Shown: positions 1-13,347, numbered from the stretch's first letter. The stretch: DNA of 64,000 nt from Eledone cirrhosa (GCA_964016885.1 OZ024741.1:257424001-257488000); one strand, 5' to 3'. Notes: generated from the sequence alone by a model not told the origin. Made by a program: numbers and translations.

Positions 1-320
1 TCGGCTTACGAGTGTTTCGGCTTATATATAAACGTTTCTATTTCCATCGTTTTATCGTAAACGTTTATATATTTCCATCGTTATATCATAACGTTTATAT
101 TTCCGTCACTAATCTCTTTTTCTCCTTTTCCGATTTAACATATATTTATTTCAAAGATTTCACCGTATAGATAACATATATATTTATACATGCATAAAAG
201 ACACACCGAGAGACGGTGAAAATGTGGTGCCAAAAACATTTCTCATCCAAATCTCAACAATATCAGTATATACACTAGATTTGCTAGCAGAAAACCGCCC
301 ACCGGGTGGTTTTCTGCTAT
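1..320 (+). mobile_element. 3' end of the preceding tandem Helitron-like unit
   Basis: Near-identical to 4086-4405; ends in hairpin tagcagaaaacc...ggttttctgcta (285-319). Confidence 0.7.
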
Positions 321-3300
321 TCTATATATATAAAACTGAGGATGTCTGTCTGTGTGTGAGTTTGAATCCCTAAAACTCGAGAACCACCCAACCGACTGTT
401 TTCAATCTTTACACATGTAATACTTATGTTTCAGGGAGTGTTCTGAGCAAAAAATATTTCAAATTTTCAATGCCGTAGGGACCACATTAAGCGATTTAGC
501 GATCTCTCTCTATAATTCTTAGTCTTTCTCTTTTTAGATAGATACATACATATAACGTCGTGCCCTTATAATATCTGTCTGTATGTCTGGCTGTCTGCAT
601 TACGTCACTTCCCTGAGGATGTCTGTGTGTGTGTGTGTGTCTGTGAGTTTGAATCCCTAAAATGCGAGAAGTACCCAACCGATTTTTTTCAAACTTTACA
701 TGTGTATTACTTATGTTTCAGGGAGTGTTTGTTATGCACATAAAATTCAACCTTTTGATCTGGTGTTTTGAATTACGAGTGTTTCGATACGAGTGTTTCG
801 ACTTACGAGTGTTCTGACTTACGAGTGTTCTGACTTACGAGCGTTCTGACTTACGAGTGTTCCGACTTACGAGTGTTTCGGCTTACGAGTGTTTCGACTT
901 ACGAGTGTTCTGACTTACGAGTGTTTCGACTTACGAACGTTCCGACTTACGAGTGTTTCGCCTTACGAGTGTTCCGACTTACGAGTGTTTCGAATAACGA
1001 GTGTTTCGGCTTACGAGCGTTTCGACTTACGAGTGTTCTGACTTACGAGTGTTCCGACTTACGAGCGTTCCGACTTACGAGTGTTTCGACTTACGAGTGT
1101 TAAGACTTACGGGTGTTTTGACATACGAGTGTTTCGATACGAGTGTTTCGACTTACGAGTGTTACGAGTGTTCTGACTTACGAGTGTTTCGACTTACGAG
1201 TGTTCTGACCTACGAGTGTTCTGACTTACGAGTGTTTCGACTTACGAGTGTTTTGACTTACGGGTGTTTCGACTTACGAGTGTTTCGACTTACGAGTGTT
1301 TCGAGTTACGAGTGTTTCGACTTACGAGTGTTTTGACTTACGAATGTTCTGACTTACGAGTGTTCCGACTTACGAGCGTTCCGACTTACGAGTGTTTCGA
1401 CTTACGAGTGTTAAGACTTACGGGTGTTTTGACATACGAGTGTTTCGATACGAGTGTTTCGACTTACGAGTGTTACGAGTGTTCTGACTTACGAGTGTTT
1501 CGACTTACGAGTGTTCTGACCTACGAGTGTTCTGACTTACGAGTGTTTCGACTTACGAGTGTTTTGACTTACGGGTGTTTCGACTTACGAGTGTTTCGAC
1601 TTACGAGTGTTTCGAGTTAAGAGTGTTTCGACTTACGAGTGTTTTGACTTACGAATGTTCTGACTTACGGGTGTTTCGGCTTACGAGTGTTTCGACTTAC
1701 GAGTGTTTTAACTTACGGGTGTTTCGACTTACACGTGTTTCGACTTGCGAGTGTTTCGACTTACGAGTATTTCGACTTACGAGTGTTTCGACTTACGAGT
1801 GTTCTGACTTACGGGTGTTCCGACTTACGAGTGTTTCGGCTTACGATTATTTTGACTTACGATTGTTTGGCTTACGAATGTTTCGACTTACGAGTGTTTC
1901 GACTTACGAGTGTTTTGACTTACGGTGTTTCGGCTTACGAGTGTTTCGACTTACGAGTGTTTTGACTTACGGGTGTTTTGACATACGAGTGTTTCGATAC
2001 GAGTGTTCTGACTTACGAGTGTTCTGACTTACGAGTGTTCTGACTTACGGGTGTTCTGACTTACGAGTGTTCCGACTTACGAGTGTTTCGGCTTATGAGG
2101 GTTTCGATTTACGAGTGCTTCGGCTTACGAGTGTTTCGACTTACGAGTGTTTCGGCTTACGAGTGTTTCGACTTACGAATGTTTTGACTTACGAGTGTTT
2201 CGGCTTACGAGTGTTTCGACTTACGAGTGTTTCGACTTACGAGTGTTTTGACTTACGGGTGTTTCGACTTACGAGTGTTTCGACTTACGAGTGTTTCGAG
2301 TTAAGAGTGTTTCGACTTACGAGTGTTTTGACTTACGAATGTTCTGACTTACGGGTGTTTCGGCTTACGAGTGTTTCGACTTACGAGTGTTTTAACTTAC
2401 GGGTGTTTCGACTTACACGTGTTTCGACTTGCGAGTGTTTCGACTTACGAGTATTTCGACTTACGAGTGTTTCGACTTACGAGTGTTCTGACTTACGGGT
2501 GTTCCGACTTACGAGTGTTTCGGCTTACGATTATTTTGACTTACGATTGTTTGGCTTACGAATGTTTCGACTTACGAGTGTTTCGACTTACGAGTGTTTT
2601 GACTTACGGTGTTTCGGCTTACGAGTGTTTCGACTTACGAGTGTTTTGACTTACGGGTGTTTTGACATACGAGTGTTTCGATACGAGTGTTCTGACTTAC
2701 GAGTGTTCTGACTTACGAGTGTTCTGACTTACGGGTGTTCTGACTTACGAGTGTTCCGACTTACGAGTGTTTCGGCTTATGAGGGTTTCGATTTACGAGT
2801 GCTTCGGCTTACGAGTGTTTCGACTTACGAGTGTTTCGGCTTACGAGTGTTTCGACTTACGAATGTTTTGACTTACGAGTGTTTCGGCTTACGAGTGTTT
2901 CGACTTACGAGTGTTTCGACTTACGAGTGTTTTGACTTACGGTGTTTCGGCTTACGAGTGTTTCGACATACGAGTGTTTTGACGTACGGGTGTTTCGACT
3001 TACGGGTGTTTCGACTTAAGAGTGTTTCGACTTACGAGCGCTTCGACTTACGAGTGTTTCGACTTACGAGTGTTTCGGCGTATGAGTGTTTTGACTTACG
3101 AGTGTTTCGACTTACGAGTGTTTCGACTTACGAGTGTTTCGACTTACGAGTGTTTCGACTTACGAGTGTTCTGACCTACGAGTGTTCTGACTTACGAGTG
3201 TTTCGACTTACGAGTGTTTTGACTTACGGGTGTTTCGACTTACGAGTGTTTCGAGTTACGAGTGTTTCGAGTTACGAGTGTTTCGACTTACGAGTGTTTT

Positions 3301-4405
3301 TACTTACGAATGTTCTGACTTACGGGTGTTTCGGCTTACGAGTGTTTCGACTTACGAGTGTTTTAACTTACGGGTGTTTCTACTTACGCGTGTTTCGACT
3401 TGCAAGTGTTTCGACTTATGAGTGTTTCGACTTGCAAGTGTTTCGACAACGAATGTTCCGACTTACGAGTGTTTCGACTTACGAGTGTTTCGACTTACGA
3501 GTGTTCTGACTTACGGGTGTTCCGACTTACGAGTGTTTCGGCTTACGATTGTTTTGACTTACGATCGTTTTGGCTACGAATGTTTCGACTTACGAGTGTT
3601 TCGACTTACGAGTGTTTTGACTTACGGTGTTTCTGCTTACGAGTGTTTCGACTGACGAGTGTTTTGACTTACGGGTGTTTTGACATACGAGTGTTTCGAT
3701 ACGAGTGTTCTGACTTACGAGTGTTCTGACTTACGAGTGTTCTGACTTACGAGTGTTCTGACTTACGAGTGTTCTGACTTACGGGTGTTCTGACTTACGA
3801 GTGTTCCGACTTACGAGTGTTTCGGCTTATGAGGGTTTCGACTTACGAGTGCTTCGGCTTACGAGTGTTTCGGCTTACGAGTGTTTCGACTTACGAGTGT
3901 TTCGGCTTACGAGTGTTTCGACGTACGAATGTTTTGGCTTACGAGTGTTTCGGCTTATGAGTGTTTCGACTTACGAGTGTTTCGACTTACGAGTGTTTCG
4001 GCTTACGAGTGTTTCAGTGTTTCGGCTTACGTGTGTTTCGACTTACGAGTGTTTCGACTTACGAGTGTTTCGGCTTACGAGTGTTTCGGCTTACGAGTGT
4101 TTCGGCTTATATATAAACGTTTCTATTTCCATCGTTTTATCGTAAACGTTTATATATTTCCATCGTTATATCATAACGTTTATATTTCCGTCACTAATCT
4201 CTTTTTCTCCTTTTCCGTTTTAATATATATTTATTTCAAAGATTTCACCGTATAGATAACATATATATTTATACATGCATAAAAGACACACCGAGAGACG
4301 GTGAAAATGTGGTGCCAAAAACATTTCTCATCCAAATCTCAACAATATCAGTATATACACTAGATTTGCTAGCAGAAAACCGCCCACCGGGTGGTTTTCT
4401 GCTAT
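321..4405 (+). mobile_element. Non-autonomous Helitron-like unit (4085 bp) carrying an internal 16-bp satellite; tandem array member
   Basis: Starts TCTATATATATAAAACTGAGGATGTCTGTCTG...AAACTCGAGAACCACCCAACCGA, which closely matches the 5' end of the clear Helitron at 51614. Ends in a GC hairpin followed by CTGCTAT (degenerate CTAG). The unique sequence recurs at an exact 4085-bp offset (496 vs 4581; TC starts at 321 and 4406). Confidence 0.7.
770..4110 (+). repeat. 16-bp satellite (consensus GACTTACGAGTGTTTC), about 200 copies, with higher-order duplications
   Basis: Direct tandem periodicity. Diagnostic variants recur at 311-bp (1097 vs 1408) and 684-bp (1687 vs 2371; 2067 vs 2751) offsets. 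Confidence 0.97.
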
Positions 4406-5247
4406 TCTATATATATAAAACTGAGGATGTCTGTCTGTGTGTGAGTTTGAATCCCTAAAACTCGAGAACCACCCAACCGACTGTTTTCAAACTTTACACA
4501 TGTAATACTTATGTTTCAGAGAGTGTTCTGAGCAAAAAATATTTCAAATTTTCAATGCCGTAGGGACAACATTAGGCGATTTAGCGATCTCTCTCTATAA
4601 TTCTTAGTCTTTCTCTTTTTAGATAGATACATACATATAACGTCGTGCCCTTATAATATCTGTCTGTATGTCTGGCTGTCTGCATTACGTCACTTCCCTG
4701 AGGATGTCTGTGTGTGTGTGTGTGTCTGTGAGTTTGAATCCCTAAAATGCGAGAAGTACCCAACCGATTTTTTTCAAACTTTACATGTGTATTACTTATG
4801 TTTCAGGGAGTGTTTGTTATGCACATAAAATTCAACCTTTTGATCTGGTGTTTTGAATTACGAGTGTTTCGATACGAGTGTTTCGACTTACGAGTGTTCT
4901 GACTTACGAGTGTTCTGACTTACGAGCGTTCTGACTTACGAGTGTTCCGACTTACGAGTGTTTCGGCTTACGAGTGTTTCGACTTACGAGTGTTCTGACT
5001 TACGAGTGTTTCGACTTACGAGCGTTCCGACTTACGAGTGTTTCGGCTTACGAGTGTTCCGACTTACGAGTGTTTCGACTAACGAGTGTTTCGGCTTACG
5101 AGTGTTTCGACTTACGAGTGTTCTGACTTACGAGTGTTCCGACTTACGAGCGTTCCGACTTACGAGTGTTTCGACTTACGAGTGTTAAGACTTACGGGTG
5201 TTTTGACATACGAGTGTTTCGATACGAGTGTTTCGACTTACGAGTGT
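4406..5247 (+). mobile_element. Next tandem Helitron-like unit, truncated inside its satellite
   Basis: Repeats 321-1160, including the satellite from about 4855, then breaks into unrelated LINE sequence at about 5248. Confidence 0.75.
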
Positions 5248-5299
5248 AAAGTTCATATCTGTTGCACCAAGAGTAAATATATAAATACATAAACGGAGA

Positions 5300-5620
5300 A
5301 AGCTAATAGCGATACTCCGGCCAAATTCCAACTCACTCAACAAACATTAGGAAATATCTGAGTATATGCCGCAGAAGTCTCTCACCACTATATTGTAAGA
5401 GTTCTGCATGTATGCCATCCATACCTGGATACCTTCCACTGTTCAGCTTCGAGATAGCTACTGCAACCTCCCCAAACTTCGGTGGTTCTGCGAGAACTAC
5501 TTCCACAGGTTTTTCAGGAATGAGATTGAGGAAATCTTCATTGACGACCGACGGCTGATTCAAAAGTTCATCAAAGTGCTCTCGTCACCTTCACAGAATT
5601 CTTTGAGGGAGCTTTAGATC
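5300..5620 (-). mobile_element. RTE-type LINE ORF fragment
   Basis: EPPKFGEVAVAISKLNSGRYPGMDGIHAELLQ is the pre-RT linker motif of non-LTR retrotransposons. It is homologous to the 7000-7200 region. Confidence 0.75.
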
Positions 5621-5639
5621 AGACAACACACACTATATT

Positions 5640-8600
5640 TTTCGGCGGGTAAGTTTTGATTAATTTCTGTATTCTCAAACATCCAAATTTGACAAAATGT
5701 TTGCCACACTAGACTCTGCAAATAACCTGACAGAAGTTGTGAAAGTTAGATAAATAATATTTTTATATATTTTCCCAATGCAATCGTTGTTTAAATACAT
5801 ACATGCATGATGGCTGCAAACTCTGCCAAGAGTATTGCAATCGCTTGTCAGATTCAGGTGTGTGACGCTCGGATATGGCATTTCAAGCCTGCTAGAGACT
5901 TGCACTCCTTCACACACTGACGACAACTATGGATCTCCCTTGCTTGAGGTCCTGCATCAGGTTGGCCGTGAACCCTCACAACACCATGGAGATCATAGTT
6001 CACTGGTTCTCTTTGTACATGGCTGCGACTGTGGCTCCTGAGACCAGATTTTCTCAAGCAAATTTTTCCACACTCAGGGCACTTCAATTCAATGGAGACA
6101 CCGATCGTTTCGAGAGATACACCAGGGCATTGATTACGCACATCCCGTTTGATCTTCTCGTGCTCTATGCGTTTGTCCTCAAAATTATGGACCCCATCAT
6201 TCACTATTCCATGCCAAGTTTCTCTTTCAAGAACTTCTATCTCCCAGTCAGCCGTCATCAAACCATTTCTTTTTCAATGAGTCCTTTACACAATCCTTGA
6301 ATCGGAGCCTTGGCTTGTGAAGTGGTCTCTTACCCTCACAAAACTCGCCATACAAGAATTGTTTTGGGATTCGATCATCCTCCATTCTGCAGAGGTGTCC
6401 GGTCCATACTTTCAATGCTCCGACACTCACTTCTCTCAAGTACCTCAACATCACACACATGATGAACATAAATACAAGGCAAACAAAGTTGGTGCAGGTA
6501 TATCACCCTGCTTGACACCATTTTCAACCGAGATTGGCTCAGATAGTTTACCTCCAACATTCACCCATGCCTGCATGTCATCGTGGAAGAGTTTCAGAAT
6601 GTTCACAAACTTTTCGGGACAGCCCAATCGCTCCAAAATAACCCACAAAGCCTTCCGATTAACCGTGTCAAATACCTTGGTCAGATCGACAAAAACTTGA
6701 TATAAGTCCATGCGCTGCTCACTGCATTTCTTCTGAAGTTGTTTGGCCTAGAAGATCATGTCAACACTGCCTCTGCCATTCCTAAAGCCACATTGCTGTT
6801 GAGGTACTTCCTGAGTTCCAATGTGCTGTATAAATCTGTCTAACAAAATCCTGCACAAGATCTTCCCAGCCACAGATAGCAGTGCGATACCTCTGTAGTT
6901 GCCACAGTCATCTTTGGCTCCTTTTCCTTTGTAAAGTACCACCATCAATGCATCTTTCCAGTCCTGTGGTACATCTTATTCATTCCAAACTTTCACAAAA
7001 AGATCAGTGAGGCGGTTTAAGAAGTTATCACCAGCATACTTGAAAATCTCGGCACTCAGTCCATCCACACTAGGTGATCTGCCACTGTTTAATTTGGCAA
7101 GGCCTTCGCCACCTCATCAAATGAAGGAGGATCAGCCATTGCCATCAATTTCTGATGGTCTGTTGAGAAGCTCATCAAAGTGGTCACGCCACCTGATCAG
7201 GATTTCCTTCGGATCTCTGAGCAATTCCTTGCCATCCCTGGAGCGAAGTGGTGATATTTGTGAACCGGTCGGACCATACACCTCCCTGATCAGACTATAT
7301 AAAAGTTTTGTATCATGTCTATCTGAGGCCTTCTGGATTTCATCAGCCTTTTGGTTCCACCAGGCATCCTGCATGGCTTTCAATCGATGTTGCACACGTG
7401 CCTTGATCTGCCTGAAGGTCCGGTCACTCTTGTCAGAATGTGTCTCACACAACAATGATGTCAGCACTTTTTGTTTCTCTTCAAGCAAGGTCTGGATCAC
7501 TGCATCATTTTCATCGAACCAGTCTTTATGCTTTCTATTGATATGACTCAAACCTCCAGCACTAACATCATAGATGGTTTTCTTCAATGATTCCTATGTT
7601 TTTTCACATTCCATGGTCTCAAGGGACTTCGACAGCTCAGCTCTGACTTTCTCTGTTTTCAGACGAGCCATGTTTAGTTGTTTTGGAAGTGCAACCTTCT
7701 TCCCCCTTACTCTGGGCTTCACAACAAATTGAAATTTGGCGCTCACCAGACGATGGTCAGTCCAACATTCTGCGCCTCGCAATACACGAACCAATGTGAT
7801 ATCTCTGATATCACGTTTCCTCGTTAAAGCCAAGTCAATAAGGTGCCACTTCTTGGAACCTGGATGCGTCCACGTTGTCTTATATTTGTCTTTCTGCTGA
7901 AAGAGCGTGTTCCCAACAACAAGATACATCTCAATGCACATTTGCAACAGAAGTAGGCCATTGTTATTGAATTTACCTAATTCATGCTTGCCCATCACAC
8001 TCCAAGCTTCCCAGTCATTACCAACACGTGCATTAAAATCACCAGAGTCACAAAGCGGTTTTGAATCAGAGGGACTCTCATGGACATTATCCAATCATTG
8101 AATCCACAAGGAAGATTTTCCAGCTTTGAGACGATTCCATTCCTGACAGCAAATGCGACCCCTGCCTCTCTCCTACACCCCTCTGCTCCACCAACCCAAT
8201 AGAAGGTTTATCCTCCCCTCTGTTCTGTGAATTGACCCTCATCTGCCAATCTCGTTTCTGAAAGAGCAACGATGTCCATGCTACAGCGATTGAGTTCCCT
8301 CGACACCAAAGCAGATCTTCTTTCAGGGCAAGTTTCACTGGACTGGGAATCAAGTAATGTTATACATTCCAGCATACAATATTCAGAGGTTTGAACCACT
8401 TTGTTGTTGCAGGATGACAACCGCGCCCAAACTGCGGTTTCCTTGGGACACCTGCCGGACCAGACCCCTTCACAATAAGTTCCAGAGCCCTTACTGCCAT
8501 TGACTTCAAGGTTATCATCTGCCATCATAGAGTTTGGCGCACTTTTAGGCTACGGTCAACCACACGAACCTGTAACAGATCCTGAACAAGCGATGCCTGT

Positions 8601-8985
8601 GCTTTGAAGGTTTTTTAAGTGGCGAAAGGCCTTGCACGCGACCAATCCCACTCTCTAAGCATCGAAAACACTACCCGAAAAGGAGAACTGGTCAACATCA
8701 TCGGATGTTTCCGAAGCCGCAGGTTTTTTTCAGAGTTTCTCTCTCCTAGTTGTGACAACAACTGGGGGCCTTTCACTCCTCGGTAAAAAAAAGTACTATT
8801 TGGATGGCCGTTGACTCTGCTGAGTTCCTCCGCCCTTTGCCGGGTCTTGTATTTCATCCCACAGGGTGTCCAAATATCACCCTCCTCACCAAGCAAGCTG
8901 GGTTGCCGGTTTAGTCACCGACGACCCGACCATGAGACAGGTAGTACTGGGTTACATAATACCAGTAGCACTCGAGAGCAGCCTG
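5640..8985 (-). mobile_element. Degraded RTE-clade LINE: APE endonuclease, partial RT, C-terminal C2H2 zinc fingers
   Basis: APE motifs DIVALSETR, GDFNARVG, HLIDLAL, ECWTDHRLV (7594-8400). RT N-half GNYRGIALLSVAGKIL, FVDLTKVFDTV, GVKQGD (6451-6948). WTGHLCRMEDDRIPKQ. Two C2H2 motifs CPECGKIC..H...H and CRQC...H....H (5854-6261). Many stops and frameshifts; the YADD core is deleted near 6470. Confidence 0.92.
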
Positions 8986-9008
8986 ACACACACATACATA
9001 CATACATA

Positions 9009-9051
<43 letters not shown>

Positions 9052-10722
9052 GATAAATCTACCAAAATTATACGGTAGTGTCCAATCCGTATGAAGAACT
9101 CAATGTAATCCAAATTTCATGAAAAGAGATGTATTAAAACAATTTTTTTCGATGAAAATCACAGGAATACAGAGTCAAGATAAATTAATAAAAACAATGA
9201 ATAAAAACAAAGAAACAGTTCCTTATATTAAAAAGTTCATCATTTTACGATCGTTTCTAGGATATATATGTGTGTTGGTATGTATATCATATAGATCTAT
9301 GTAGAAATTTTACAAACTATCAGAGGGAATATACATACCTACACGTTTATTGAAAAAAACCAACAAGGATTTAATATAATAGGTCTGTTTGTGAACAGGT
9401 TTTGAACTGACCAATAGAAAAGTAGTAAGTGGTCAAGTTGATAGAATAGTAGTAGTAGAAATTTAATTTAGGGGTAGAGGAATGCAGACTTCAGTTTTGA
9501 ATGGAAAGAACACTTTGAATGAAAAGATTACTTTGGGCATGAAAAGAGGTGAAGCCGGTGGAAAGTACACGAAAATTTGATATTATTAAAGAATAATACT
9601 AATGTTAAAATCGAAGGAGAATAAAATGTTAGGGTAAATGTGTTAGTGAGAAATACCAATCTTATTTAAAACATAAGGAATTTAGATCTATAACAAGAAA
9701 TTAAATTAATTTAATTGATAGGTATACTTATAGGGATAAATTTATATCATATAGATGTGATAAATAAGAGTTAGATGTTATTAAAGAATGTTGTTTAAAA
9801 CGAAGGAAAAAATGTTTGGGGGATAAATGTGTTAGTGAGAAATAACAAACTTATATAGACTACAAGGAATTTAGATTCATAACAGGAAATTAAAATAGTT
9901 TATATGTATACTTATAGGTATTAATTTTAGGAAAAGAGAGCTGTAAAAGGGAAATAAAATTATGAAGTTCTCGGTAGTAAAATACTAATTATATGTTAAC
10001 TAAAGTAAAATTAAAAATTAAAAAAACTAATAATAATTTGTAAAATATAAGTGTAAGGTGTATATTAATTAGGTTTATAATATTTGAAAGTTCTTCTAAT
10101 TCTATGATTGCACGATATAATTAATTCTTGTCGCTTATTTAATAGGATAGCCTTAGATTTCATTATTTCAAAAAGTTCCTGGGAACATAACCTACACTGA
10201 TATCTGTTATTTAGATAAGGGGTGGCCCTTTTGAGCACACTCCAGGTCAGGTTATAATCGATATTTTTTTTTCTATAATTATTAATTATTTCAGCCAAGG
10301 ATGTTGTATTAGCTAATGCGGCATTTTAAAAATTATGTTTGTGGGTATTAAATCTTACTTTAAATTGGTTAGAAGTAGCTCCTATATATGAATAAGTTGA
10401 GTCCTTAGTGTTAATTTTACATTTATATACTATGTTATTAATAAGACAATTTCCTTTTAATGGGCAATTTGCTTTGTTTCTACAGTTACAACCATTCGTG
10501 AATATTATATCAGGGGAGTTAGTCAAATTTGGTGTGGAATTTACGCGACTTGTTATATGTGAAGGAGATGGTGGTTTGTTGCGGTTTATTTTAGTATTAT
10601 GGTTAGTTTGATGTGTTGGTGGTATATTCATGATTTTTTTTACATTTATATGCATTGTAGGCACGTATATTTTGTTGTATATTTTTGCTAGTGGAGTAGG
10701 AAAATTTGACCGTTGATCTTTT

Positions 10723-12131
10723 TAAAATGTTTATTACATTTGAAAACACCAGTAAAGTAGTTAATTTCCTTGATATAACTTTAGACTTATCTACGGGTAT
10801 CTACCAACCTTACCATAAACCTAACCAAAACCTACATTACATACACTTACAATCCAACCACACTAGATCTAGCCTTAAAAGCCTAGCATATAATATCTCA
10901 CTCAGAATTTCTAACCTTTCATCTAACCAGGATGTATTGGATAAAAATGCGACCTTTTATAACGAAGCTTTAGCTAGAAGCGGCCACAAAAACAAATTAG
11001 TCTATATACCTTGTACCAATAATACTTCAAACACACAACCCAATATTACCAACAAACACCAAATGAAAATCACACACCTAAATGCCACTCACACTATACC
11101 CAAAAATACCAACTTAAAACTTAATTTCTCTACCTCTTCTCACATACAATATAATAACTTTCAAAAAACCATTCATCCTAATACTCCTATATAGGTTAAT
11201 AACATTACTAACAACATTCCTAATAACCAGACTAAAACACCTAAATCAGTTAATCTAACTGAACATATGTATAATAAATTCACTAATACGAACTCTCTTA
11301 GTAAACATCCTGATTCATCGTATAAATATAGAAAACAACATCGAAACCGAAATAGACGAGTTACCTGGTATAATGCTCCATTTAATCTACAAATTAAAGA
11401 TAATATCCCTAAAAAATATTTTACTATCCTAGAGAAAAACTTCCCGCCAAACCATAAATACCATCAAATTTTAAATAGATCAACGGTCAAATTTTCCTAC
11501 TCTACTACCAAAAATATACAACAAAATATACGTGCCTACAATGTATAGAAATGTAAAAAAAATCATGAATATACCACCAACACATCAAACTAACCATAAT
11601 ACTAAAATAAACCGCAACAAACCACCATCTCCTTCACATATAACAAGTCGTGTAAATTCCACACCAAATTTGACTAACTCCCCTGATATAATATTCACGA
11701 ATGGTTGTAACTGTAGAAACAAAGCAAATTGCCCATTAAAAGGAAATTGTCTTATTAATAACATAGTATATAAATGTAAAATTAACAGTAAGGACTCAAC
11801 TTATTCATATATAGGAGCTACTTCTAACCAATTTAAAGTAAGATTTAATACCCACAAACATAATTTTTAAAATGCCGCATTAGCTAATACAACATCCTTG
11901 GCTGAAATAATTAATAATTATAGAAAAAAAAAAATCGATTATAACCTGACCTGGAGTGTGCAGAAAAGGGCCACCCCTTATCTAAATAACAGATATCAGT
12001 GTAGGTTATGTTCCCAGGGACTTTTTGAAATAATGAAATCTAAGGATATCCTATTAAATAAGCGACAAGAATTAATTATATCGTGCAATTATAGAATTAG
12101 AAGAACTTTCAAATATTATAAACCTAATTAA
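10723..12131 (+). pseudogene. Naiad-like PLE ORF 3' part (RT thumb, linker, GIY-YIG endonuclease), disrupted
   Basis: VNFLDITLDL...YHKPN...SNH; WYNAPF...KFSYST; CNCRNKANCPLKGNC..IVYKC...YIGAT...FKVRFNTH; CRLC...LLNKRQE. Confidence 0.9.
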
Positions 12132-12849
12132 TATACACCTTACACTTATATTTTACAAATTATTATAATTAGTTTTTTAATTTTTAATTTTAATTTAGTT
12201 AACATATAATTAGTATTTTACTACTGAGAACTTCATAATTTTATTTCCCTTTTACAGCTCTCTTTTCCTAAAATTAATACCTATAAGTATACATATAAAC
12301 TATTTTAATTTTCTGTTATGAATCTAAATTCCTTGTAGTCTATATAAGTTTGTTATTTCTCACTAATACATTTATCCCAAAAAATATTTTTTCTTCGTTT
12401 TTAACAACATTCTTTAATAACACCTAACTCTTATTTATCACATCTATATGATATAAATTTATCCCTACAAGTATACCTATCAATTAAATTAATTTAATTT
12501 CTTGTTATAGATCTAAATTCCTTGTGTTTTAAATAAGATTGGTATTTCTCACTAACACATTTACCCTAAAATTTTATTCTCCTTCGATTTTTACATTAGC
12601 ATTATTCTTTAATAACATCAAATTTTCGTGTACCTTTCACCTACTTAACCTCATTTCATCCCCAAAGTAATCTTTTCATTCAAAGTATTCTTTCCATTTA
12701 AAACTGAAGTCTGCAATCCTCTACTCCTAAATTAAATTTCTACTACTACTATTCTATCAACTTGACCACTTACTACTTTTCTATTGGTCAATTCAAAACC
12801 TGTTCCCAAACAGACCTATTATATTAAATCTTTGTTGTTTTTTATTCAA

Positions 12850-13130
12850 TTTGCCTTTCATCCTTACGGGGTCGATAAAATAAAGTACCAGTAATGCACT
12901 GGGTAATTGCTGGCCTTGTGCCTAAAAGTAGAAACAATTATTTCTGTACAGTATCAGTAGAGGGTCGGACGCCATGCTTTCCAGCATAGTTACATCCCTT
13001 TACGATCTGAGTTCAAATCCCGCCGAGGTTGACTTTGCCTTTCATCCTTACGGGGTCGATAAAATAAAGTACCAGTAATGCACTGAGTAATTGCTGGCCT
13101 TGTGCCTAAAGTAGAAACAATTATTTCTGT
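12850..13130 (+). mobile_element. tRNA-derived SINE (one near-full copy 12949-13130 plus a 3' partial copy 12850-12948)
   Basis: B-box-like GAGTTCAAATCC and central GACTTTGCCTTTCATCCTTACGGGGTCGATAAAATAAAGTACCAG (resembles the Meta-SINE domain). The same family occurs at 24196-24565 and 27190-27310. Confidence 0.8.
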
Positions 13131-13293
13131 AGACAGCATATATATGTGTAGGTATGTATATTCCCTCTGATAGTTTGTAAAATTTTTACATAGATCTATA
13201 TGATATACATACCAATACACACATATATATTCTAGAAACGATCGTAAAATGATGAATTTTTTAATATAAGGAACTATGTCTTTGTTTTTATTA

Positions 13294-13343
<50 letters not shown>

Positions 13344-13347
<4 letters not shown>

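Larger units (their letters stand above)
9051..13278. mobile_element. Foldback Naiad-like Penelope element: minus arm about 9190-10728 mirrors plus 11467-13277; tail 9051-9190; flanked by (TA)n
   Basis: The same GIY-YIG peptides occur on both strands (10065-10664 minus; 11532-12131 plus). (TA)n at 9013-9048 and 13277-13342. Confidence 0.92.

Noticed and set aside
770-4110. CRISPR-like appearance of the short repeat arrays (also 27587-29000)
   Set aside because: No unique spacers, no cas genes, eukaryotic context.
873-5292. Many overlapping ORFs (MFRLTSVSTYEC...)
   Set aside because: Translations of the 16-bp satellite; not genes.
9051-13278. Foldbacks as sequencing chimeras
   Set aside because: Arms differ by many substitutions, by microsatellite length and by later insertions, and end at a shared motif.
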